The notes below the pieces were generated by a model. That model was not told where the DNA came from. It was given only the letters and a program-made list of their open reading frames with translations, and made no database searches. From positions 23,416 to 87,415 of the forward strand of contig DAORJK010000013.1 of the NCBI GenBank assembly GCA_035438985.1: a DNA stretch of 64,000 bases, given 5' to 3'. The translations under genes and the position numbers were made by a program. The stretch comes from Bacteroidia bacterium (GTDB lineage Bacteria; Bacteroidota; Bacteroidia; UBA4408). Within the stretch, counting starts at the first letter, position 1. Each line of letters begins with the position of its first letter. This document shows, in pieces, positions 58,201 through 64,000 of this stretch.

Positions 58201-58736
58201 TATTTCACAGTTTCAAAATTCGTTGGAACATCACACGAAAGTGGCTGCTTAGCAACGATGCTAGTGTCGGTGTAAAATCGTCCTTTTCTGAGTTTTTCAA
58301 TTCTCGCAATTACACCATCAATTACCTCAGTACTGAACCAAAATTAAGCTTTCAACCTTCAACCAATTTCAGGGCAACTGTAAATTACGAATACTCTGAA
58401 AAAACAAGTAAAACCATAAGTTTAAATGAAGACAGTTTGCGGGCAATTGGTCAAAAATTGGGTGCCGAAATCAAATACACAAAAGCCGAACAAGGCAGCC
58501 TGCTTGCCAAGTTTAATTTTATATTGTTTAGTTACCCGGGTGATGCAAATTCGCAACTTGCTTACGAAATGTTAGAAGGGTTACAACCAGGAAAAAACTA
58601 TACCTGGAATGTTAGCTATCAGCGCAACCTTGCCAATAACATACAGTTGAATTTAAGTTATGACGGGCGCAAATCAAATGCTGCAAACGGAAGAATTGTG
58701 CACATTGGCAATGTAATGGTGAGGGCATTTTTTTAG
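55215..58736 (+). CDS. Large predicted outer-membrane/secreted protein, unknown function
   Basis: The start at 55215 (MVDLKKLFLLFMILFAFAEADAQ) is preferred. The sequence is beta-rich and ends in an aromatic residue (...MVRAFF), as is typical of OM beta-barrels. Confidence 0.55.
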   Translation: MVDLKKLFLLFMILFAFAEADAQKLFSPKRTKIIFLQSDTLQLDTLSIVAGSVVLTDSSGVLIPTTSYKVLANSGRLVFLPELLKDSLLTSKTILASYSVFPFLFGKARYHKNSTWLKPDESGKVNPFVYTDIEKKNNDFFASEGLSKNGSISRGIAFGNNQDVVLNSNLNLQLSGKITDKISILAAIADDNIPIQPEGNTQQLQEFDRVYIQFNDDKSKLIAGDFQLLRPNSYFMNYFKKSQGASFTSSFGLGATPEKQKNNTLAVALSAAVSKGKFSRNVIIGTEGNQGPYRLRGAENESYIVILSGSEKIYLDGQLLERGQENDYVIDYNTAEVSFTPKRIITKDKRITAEFQYSDRNYARSLYDVGADYKNNKLNVRIHYFSEQDNKKKPLLQELKTSDKLVLDSIGDNLEEALIAGVDTSGYLPNTILYKAIDTLGYSNVFVYSNDSSKAIYRLNFSNVGSGKGNYVPAATSANGKVYQWVAPVNGQAQGSYEPVVLLITPKQKQMLVVAADYAIAHNFNSSIELAYTNFDKNTFSSKNKTDDEGYALRFLLTKRTPLSAKENDTLHLITGTNLEVVSKYFSPIERFRSIEFDRDWNRAAISGTNLQNIVGAKLGVEKKSLGTAVYQLNSFVEQSVYRGFQHSLTSDISKRGFQLVARSSLLTNKTEINNGQFLKYKAVLSKEIPWVKIGAGIEQEENKTSLLNTDSLLAISFRFLEWQAFVQSADTAKNSFRISYLNRSDWLPDTNGLLTKASVGQSVAANLLLSKNANSVLQISGTYRKLTIVDSLLLAQQPDNSLVARIEYTARFLKGAITTSTFYEVGSGLEVKKEFSYIKVQPGQGLYEWIDADNDSIEDLDEFFVAVFADKKQYIKVFTPTSDFVKTYNNQFSEILQLSPANVWSGKKGFRKFLALLSNQTAYRIDRKTSNTDVEKFLNPFLNQSKDVEIVTLNSSFRNTFFVNRFNSRFGFDYSYQQTKNKSLLVSGSEQRSNLFHSFKIRWNITRKWLLSNDASVGVKSSFSEFFNSRNYTINYLSTEPKLSFQPSTNFRATVNYEYSEKTSKTISLNEDSLRAIGQKLGAEIKYTKAEQGSLLAKFNFILFSYPGDANSQLAYEMLEGLQPGKNYTWNVSYQRNLANNIQLNLSYDGRKSNAANGRIVHIGNVMVRAFF

Positions 58737-58859
58737 AAATAGCGATTGTTTTAAGAGGGATGCAACTAAAATATCTCACCCTATTTTGAGAATATCTTCT
58801 AGCTAACTAACTTTCATACAAAAACTGTATTTTTACACCTCATTTTTTAAACCCTTACA

Positions 58860-59372
58860 ATGATTATAGAAAATAAAAAAGTGGTGAGTGTAAATTATCA
58901 CTTAACGGTGAATGAAAACAACATGGAAGTGTTAGTTGAAAAAACGGATGCCGAACATCCATTTGTTTTTTTATTCGGTGCAGGTGGATTGCTGGAAGCA
59001 TTTGAAAATAACCTAAAAGGAAAACAAGTAGGCGATAGTTTTGATTTTAAAATTGAAGCCGAAAATGGATATGGATTGGTAGATGAAGATAGTATTGTTA
59101 CAATTCCAATTGAAGCATTTAAAGCGGAAGATGGGAGTATTGATGAAGAAATGGTAAAAGTTGGAAATACACTTCCAATGACCGACAACGAAGGAAACCG
59201 TTTGCAGGGTGTTGTGGAAGAAATTACCGCTGCACATGTACGAATGGATTTCAATCATCCGCTTGCTGGACAGGATTTACGCTTTAAAGGAATTGTACTC
59301 GACATTCGTGATGCCAGCGCTGAAGAGCTTGCACATGGACATGTACACGGCCCACATGGACATCATCATTAA
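58860..59372 (+). CDS. slyD: FKBP-type peptidyl-prolyl isomerase, SlyD-like
   Basis: FKBP core with an IF-domain insert, the ...FNHPLAGQDLRF... motif and the His-rich tail HGHVHGPHGHHH. Confidence 0.8.
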   Translation: MIIENKKVVSVNYHLTVNENNMEVLVEKTDAEHPFVFLFGAGGLLEAFENNLKGKQVGDSFDFKIEAENGYGLVDEDSIVTIPIEAFKAEDGSIDEEMVKVGNTLPMTDNEGNRLQGVVEEITAAHVRMDFNHPLAGQDLRFKGIVLDIRDASAEELAHGHVHGPHGHHH

Positions 59373-59458
59373 GAAATGTTAATTTACAGATAACAATTGG
59401 GGTTAACACAATAACCCAATTGAAACGAAGTTGTTGTCTCGGATTATTAAAAAATAAA

Positions 59459-61387
59459 ATGGAAATAAAAGCAGGCCCTCTTCTTGAAACTATTGAGTTT
59501 CCGGCAGACTTAAAAAAACTCGACGAAAGTCAGTTGAAACAAGTTTGCGACGAATTGCGTCAGTTTATCATTGATGTAGTATCGATAAAGGGCGGGCACT
59601 TTGGCGCAAGCCTTGGAGTTGTGGAGTTATCTGTGGCTTTGCACTATGTATTCAATACACCCTACGATCAATTGGTTTGGGATGTTGGGCATCAAGCATA
59701 CGGGCATAAAATATTAACCGGCCGCCGCAAACAATTTCACACAAACCGCATATACAAAGGCATAAGCGGATTTCCAAAAAGAAGCGAAAGCGAATACGAT
59801 ACCTTTGGTGTTGGACACTCTTCTACTTCCATTTCGGCTGCTTTAGGAATGGCTGTTGCTTCGCATTTTAAAGGAGAAAAAGACCGACAACACATTGCTG
59901 TAATTGGTGATGGTGCTATGACTGCAGGACTGGCATTTGAGGGGCTTAACCATGCCGGTGTTGAAAAGTCAAATTTACTGGTAGTGCTCAACGATAACTG
60001 TATGAGCATTGATCCAAATGTTGGAGCTTTGAAAGAATACCTTACCGATATTACTACTTCTCATACCTACAATAAGGCTAAGGATGAGATTTGGAAATTA
60101 CTTGGAAAAATAAGCAAGTTTGGCCCGAATGCACAAGAAATTGCCTCCAAGGTAGAAAACGGAATAAAGGCGACTTTACTGCGCCAAAGCAATTTGTTTG
60201 AAGCGCTTAAATTCCGCTATTTTGGCCCCGTTGATGGACACGATGTTGAAAGGTTAGCAAAGGTTTTAGCCGATTTAAAAGACATTCCGGGTCCAAAAAT
60301 ATTGCACATACTTACCGTAAAAGGAAAAGGATATAAGTTTAGTGAAGAGGGTAATCAAACCACTTGGCATGCGCCCGGACTGTTTAACAAAGACACCGGC
60401 GAAATTGTTAAGGTAATGCCCACTTCTCCACAAGCACCTAAATACCAAGATGTATTTGGACATACCATTGTTGAGCTTGCCGAAAAAAACGAAAAAATAA
60501 TGGGAATTACACCCGCTATGCCCAGTGGTTGTTCGCTCAACATAATGATGAAGGCAATGCCAAACAGGGCTTTTGATGTAGGTATTGCAGAGCAGCATGC
60601 GGTAACTTTTTCAGCAGGACTTGCCACACAAGGATTGTTGCCTTTTTGCAATATTTATTCAAGCTTTATGCAACGCGCCTACGATCAGGTAATACACGAT
60701 GTTGCACTGCAAAATTTGAATGTTGTTTTTTGTTTGGATCGGGGTGGATTTGCGGGTGCCGATGGTGCAACTCATCACGGCGCATATGATTTGGCTTATT
60801 TTCGATGCATACCAAACATGGTTGTGGCAGCACCCATGAACGAGGAAGAGCTTCGCAACATGATGTATACCGCCCAACTCGAAAACAAAGGACCTTTCAG
60901 CATTCGCTATCCTCGTGGAAATGGCGTAATGCCCGAATGGAAAACTCCATTTCGTGAATTACAAATTGGGAAAGGTCGTCGCTTAGTAAATGGAGAAGAC
61001 ATTGCAATTTTAACTATTGGACATCCCGGAAATTTCGCCACCAAAGCTTGTTCTGAATTATTGAAAGATGGCATTAGCGCAGCTCATTACGACATGCGTT
61101 TTGCCAAACCAATTGACGAATTGTTGCTCCACGAAGTATTTACCAAATTTAATCGAGTAATTACTGTTGAAGATGGATGTATAATTGGAGGAATGGGAAG
61201 TGCGGTAGTTGAGTTTATGGCCGAAAATGGGTACCATGCGCAAGTTTGCCGTTTGGGAATTCCCGACAAATACATTCACCATGGTGAGCAAAAAGAGTTG
61301 TGGGCCGAGTGTGGTTTTGATGTGGCTGGAATTGTAAGCTCAGCAAAGGAAATTATTGCTGCAAAGCGCGCCAGCATGGCGGGATAG
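59459..61387 (+). CDS. dxs: 1-deoxy-D-xylulose-5-phosphate synthase
   Basis: GGHFGASLGVVEL, VWDVGHQAY.HKILTGR and the GDGAMTAG TPP-binding motifs. The ATG at 59459 is preferred. Confidence 0.95.
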   Translation: MEIKAGPLLETIEFPADLKKLDESQLKQVCDELRQFIIDVVSIKGGHFGASLGVVELSVALHYVFNTPYDQLVWDVGHQAYGHKILTGRRKQFHTNRIYKGISGFPKRSESEYDTFGVGHSSTSISAALGMAVASHFKGEKDRQHIAVIGDGAMTAGLAFEGLNHAGVEKSNLLVVLNDNCMSIDPNVGALKEYLTDITTSHTYNKAKDEIWKLLGKISKFGPNAQEIASKVENGIKATLLRQSNLFEALKFRYFGPVDGHDVERLAKVLADLKDIPGPKILHILTVKGKGYKFSEEGNQTTWHAPGLFNKDTGEIVKVMPTSPQAPKYQDVFGHTIVELAEKNEKIMGITPAMPSGCSLNIMMKAMPNRAFDVGIAEQHAVTFSAGLATQGLLPFCNIYSSFMQRAYDQVIHDVALQNLNVVFCLDRGGFAGADGATHHGAYDLAYFRCIPNMVVAAPMNEEELRNMMYTAQLENKGPFSIRYPRGNGVMPEWKTPFRELQIGKGRRLVNGEDIAILTIGHPGNFATKACSELLKDGISAAHYDMRFAKPIDELLLHEVFTKFNRVITVEDGCIIGGMGSAVVEFMAENGYHAQVCRLGIPDKYIHHGEQKELWAECGFDVAGIVSSAKEIIAAKRASMAG

Positions 61388-61644
61388 GACGAAAGAAAAA
61401 CTTGGGCTTGGCGGTGTGTTTTATACTCTGCTCCAAAAGGAAAACCCTCCCGGCACCCCAATGTCCACCACCATGAAAGGACACCTTCTTCCGAAAGGGT
61501 TTTTATTTTACGAATTCATTTGAGTGAATTCGGCATGACTATTCTTATCAACAAATATAATTTGATGCAGGGTTTTTAATTTGTGACCTAGCGCACATTT
61601 TTAAGGTTTTTGCTATTTTTCACCCAACATTAATATAATTTGTA

Positions 61645-62112
61645 ATGAAACAGCTACAAAATTGGTTAGCCGAGTATGGAGAAAGTCATCAAAACAGCAG
61701 CAACAAAAAAATTCATTGGATTTGTGTTCCGCTCATATTTTTTAGTATCGTAGGCTTGCTGTTTGGCATCAAGCTGCCTTTTCAACTTAATTCATCACAA
61801 CCGATAACAGTCGCACACCTAGCGCTATTGCTTGTTTTTGTGTATTATTTTTTGCTATCGTGGCGATTATCAATTGGTATGTTTGTATTTGGATGCCTGT
61901 GCTTATTAGGATGCCGCTTACTTACAGCCTGGGGAGTTGTTGAATTGTGGAAGATTTGTTTAGTTGTTTTTTCACTTGCTTGGATTGGTCAGTTTTACGG
62001 TCATAAGATAGAAGGAAAAAAGCCCTCCTTTTTAAAAGATATACAGTTTTTATTGATTGGGCCTGCCTGGTTGATGAGCTTTGTGTATCAAAAGCTTCAG
62101 ATAAGTTACTAA
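61645..62112 (+). CDS. DUF962 / Mpo1-like membrane protein
   Basis: N-terminal ...YGESHQNSSNKKIHWICVPLIFF... and ...GQFYGHKIEGKKPSFLKD... with about four TM segments. Confidence 0.65.
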   Translation: MKQLQNWLAEYGESHQNSSNKKIHWICVPLIFFSIVGLLFGIKLPFQLNSSQPITVAHLALLLVFVYYFLLSWRLSIGMFVFGCLCLLGCRLLTAWGVVELWKICLVVFSLAWIGQFYGHKIEGKKPSFLKDIQFLLIGPAWLMSFVYQKLQISY

Positions 62113-62171
62113 GTCCACAGATAGCACTTTTTTGCTTGGTCTATTTTTATAATTTTGCAGCGCTTTAAAAA

Positions 62172-62245
62172 GGCTCCGTAGTTCAATTGGATAGAATGAC
62201 AGGTTTCGGCCCTGTTGGTTGGGGGTTCGAATCCCTCCGGGGTCA
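62172..62245 (+). tRNA. tRNA-Arg (anticodon TCG), 74 nt, CCA not encoded
   Basis: Manual cloverleaf. Acceptor GGCTCCG/CGGGGTC (two G-U pairs). D-arm GTTC-AATTGGATA-GAAT. Anticodon arm ACAGG-TTTCGGC-CCTGT. Variable region TGGTT. T-arm GGGGG-TTCGAAT-CCCTC. Discriminator A. Confidence 0.85.
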
Positions 62246-62261
62246 CGAATGAATAAAAAAG

Positions 62262-62289
62262 CCAACCCGAAAGGGTTGGTTTTCTTTTA
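62262..62289 (+). terminator. Intrinsic terminator after tRNA-Arg
   Basis: CCAACCC-GAAA-GGGTTGG followed by TTTTCTTTT. Confidence 0.75.
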
Positions 62290-62392
62290 TTCAGGAAACG
62301 TGCAAAGTGAGCTTTGCTAAGGTTCGTGAATGAAAGAAAACAAAGCGCAGCTTTGACTTTTGTATTTTGACTGAGTGTGAGGAGGTGATCAC

Positions 62393-62415
62393 GGGAGTAA
62401 TCCCTCCGAGGTCAC
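62393..62415 (+). repeat. Degenerate direct copy of the tRNA-Arg 3' end
   Basis: GGGAGTAATCCCTCCGAGGTCAC compared with the tRNA's GGGGTTCGAATCCCTCCGGGGTCAC. The stretch ATCCCTCCG(A/G)GGTCAC is shared. Confidence 0.5.
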
Positions 62416-62422
62416 TTAAAAA

Positions 62423-62468
62423 AGAGCGGGAATGAGAGCGAGAGCAACTATTCCCGCTCTTTTTTTTC
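62423..62468 (+). terminator. Intrinsic terminator with loop AATGAGAGCGAGAGC
   Basis: AGAGCGGGAAT (62423-62433) pairs perfectly with ATTCCCGCTCT (62450-62460), followed by TTTTTTT. Confidence 0.7.
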
Positions 62469-62628
62469 ATTCTAAATCTGTTTGTCATTGAATCTTTCGG
62501 TAGTGAAAGAATAACAATCACCTGCTCTCCTCCTTTTATTTAAAATCCGCAACTATTCTTAATCTATACTCTATGATAATTCAGTAAAAATAATTCCTAT
62601 TTTTACTGAAACTCAAACTAAAAAAACA

Positions 62629-63207
62629 ATGAAAACAAAACTAAATTTACTTATTACAGCGCTAACTATAGCCAGTTTATGCCTGTTTAACTCCTGTTCA
62701 AAAGAAGCAGAGGTGGGTCCGGCAGGAGCAACAGGGGCAACAGGAGCAACAGGGGCAAGCGGTAATGCCAATGTTAAAAATTACAACATCACCATTAACA
62801 ATAACGATTGGGATAAAGCTACTGGATTGGGATATCTTTGGTTATATACTTACGATTTTCCAGCCTTAACAAAGTCCATTATGGATAGCGGTATGATAAT
62901 CGTATATTTAAAAGCCAGTAATGGCACTGAGTATAGCATCGATCCATTGCCTTTAGATAACTACGAATTAATGGATGCTTTGGGGGGAGTGTCAACATTT
63001 ACTGCCGTTTCATCATATCCTACATTTGATACCTCTACTGGAAAAGGGAAATTGCTGTTTTTATTACAGTCCTCTACTGTTATTACTTCCCAAAATCCAA
63101 TTACTTACAGAGTTGTTTTAGCCACCTCGCATATGCGCTTGGCTAACCCCAACTTGAATTGGAATAAGTATACAGAAGTGAAAGAAGCTTTTAACTTAAA
63201 AGACTAA
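62629..63207 (+). CDS. Lipoprotein with a short collagen-like G-x-y tract
   Basis: Lipobox LFNSC, followed by GPAGATGATGATGASG. Confidence 0.6.
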   Translation: MKTKLNLLITALTIASLCLFNSCSKEAEVGPAGATGATGATGASGNANVKNYNITINNNDWDKATGLGYLWLYTYDFPALTKSIMDSGMIIVYLKASNGTEYSIDPLPLDNYELMDALGGVSTFTAVSSYPTFDTSTGKGKLLFLLQSSTVITSQNPITYRVVLATSHMRLANPNLNWNKYTEVKEAFNLKD

Positions 63208-63616
63208 TAAAATTAGTCTTTTATTCTGAAGTTTCATTCTAATTGCCCAAGCATTTCAACTGTAAATTAATTTCCGGCTGAATTGCCTTTGGTGCACCCA
63301 GTAACAAAAATTAAATCCTTTTTTCTCCCAAACTGGCGGGCGCTTGTAGCCACAAATTTGCAAGTGTTCTAATTTACTTGTGGTTTGTATTACGAGAAAG
63401 ATTTTTTCCGGTTTTTGTATGGGTTCTTCCTTTCGATTCTTCAATAAGATGTTCGATAAATTGAAATAGGGTGAAGCTTCTTTTTTATCTCAAAGTGTTC
63501 CTAAATTACTTGTGTGTACAAATTCGCCCTTCTTAAGAAACCAGCAAACAACGCAAAAATTCTTGCTGACTAATTTAAGTTTCTAACTTAGCAAGTAATT
63601 TACTTGTTTAAACTTC

Positions 63617-64000
63617 ATGCCGGTTAGCAAAACTATCTCACCTAAAACCCAACTCATTGCCATGGTGCACGTACCTAGTGGCAATGCTCTTTTAAATAGT
63701 TTATACAACTCAGCCTTTTCGGTTGAAACGTATACTTCTTTTGAATTAACTGAGCTTGATGAAATACGTAAACACTTACTTCAACTTTCAAATGAGTTGC
63801 TAATTAGCACAGCAAACCCACTACTCGAAAATTGTCGTACCGCATCCTTTGTGCTGAAAAAAGAAGCAGTTTCTGTTTTGTTAGATAGAATTACACAACT
63901 GAAATTCGTTGATAGTCTCATTCAACGAGCACTTCATGAAGTAGCGATGTATTATCGAAATGGAATTAAAATTATTGCTCTCGAAAATGTTGGAGCTCCC
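63617..64000 (+). CDS. BtpA/SgcQ-like protein, N-terminal part (3' end outside window)
   Basis: ATG at 63617, open to the window edge (MPVSKTISPKTQLIAMVHVPSG...IKIIALENVGAP). The ...ENxG.P segment resembles BtpA family proteins. The family call is weak. Confidence 0.4.
   Translation, partial: MPVSKTISPKTQLIAMVHVPSGNALLNSLYNSAFSVETYTSFELTELDEIRKHLLQLSNELLISTANPLLENCRTASFVLKKEAVSVLLDRITQLKFVDSLIQRALHEVAMYYRNGIKIIALENVGAP

Noticed and set aside
62050-62521. ORFs 62050..62265(-) and 62291..62521(-).
   Set aside because: They overlap the tRNA-Arg gene, its terminator and the tRNA-tail repeat. They are antisense artefacts.
62716-62763. Short tandem repeat GCAACAGGGGCAACAGGAGCAACAGGGGCA, considered as a possible mini CRISPR or VNTR.
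   Set aside because: It lies in frame inside the lipoprotein ORF and encodes a collagen-like G-A-T-G-A-T tract. There is no spacer/repeat organisation. No CRISPR array was seen anywhere in the window.

Overview
This 64 kb window is probably Bacteroidota, judged from many T9SS C-terminal sorting domains, TAnnTTTG-type promoter boxes and the absence of Shine-Dalgarno sites. All calls rest on motif and architecture recognition by eye; no similarity search or structure prediction was run.

It splits into two parts.

(1) Positions ~1-26.4 kb are an accessory, mobile-element-like island, visibly more AT-rich than the rest. In order it carries:
- a DUF2130 gene fragment;
- an IS4/IS1380-like transposase;
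- a three-gene cassette (small protein, HExxH zincin, dCTP-deaminase-like);
- an XRE/ImmA-IrrE pair;
- a translationally coupled Ubl-E2-JAB-E1 operon with Bil-like (BilABCD) architecture, followed by a stand-alone caspase-like (C14) protease;
- T9SS cargo and lipoprotein genes;
- a mobilization module (T4 coupling protein, MobC-like, relaxase, ArdC);
- a truncated tRNA-Leu(TAA) 3' portion, which is a candidate att border.

(2) Positions ~26.7-64 kb are chromosomal.
- Regulators and secreted proteins: an ankyrin protein, an AraC regulator, a LytTR two-component system and several T9SS-secreted repeat proteins.
- Housekeeping genes: metH behind a SAM-I riboswitch, acs, a yebC-like gene, slyD, dxs and tRNA-Arg(TCG).

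The best candidate for something new is the block at 5.3-10.3 kb: a ubiquitin-like conjugation operon coupled to a caspase-like protease and a divergent CapH/CapP-like regulator pair. The second candidate is the zincin plus Dcd-like cassette at 3.1-5.2 kb.

Several unexplained repeats are also reported: a 26-bp perfect GC-rich inverted repeat, a tRNA-tail/hairpin module present twice, and GAGTGCAC triplets.
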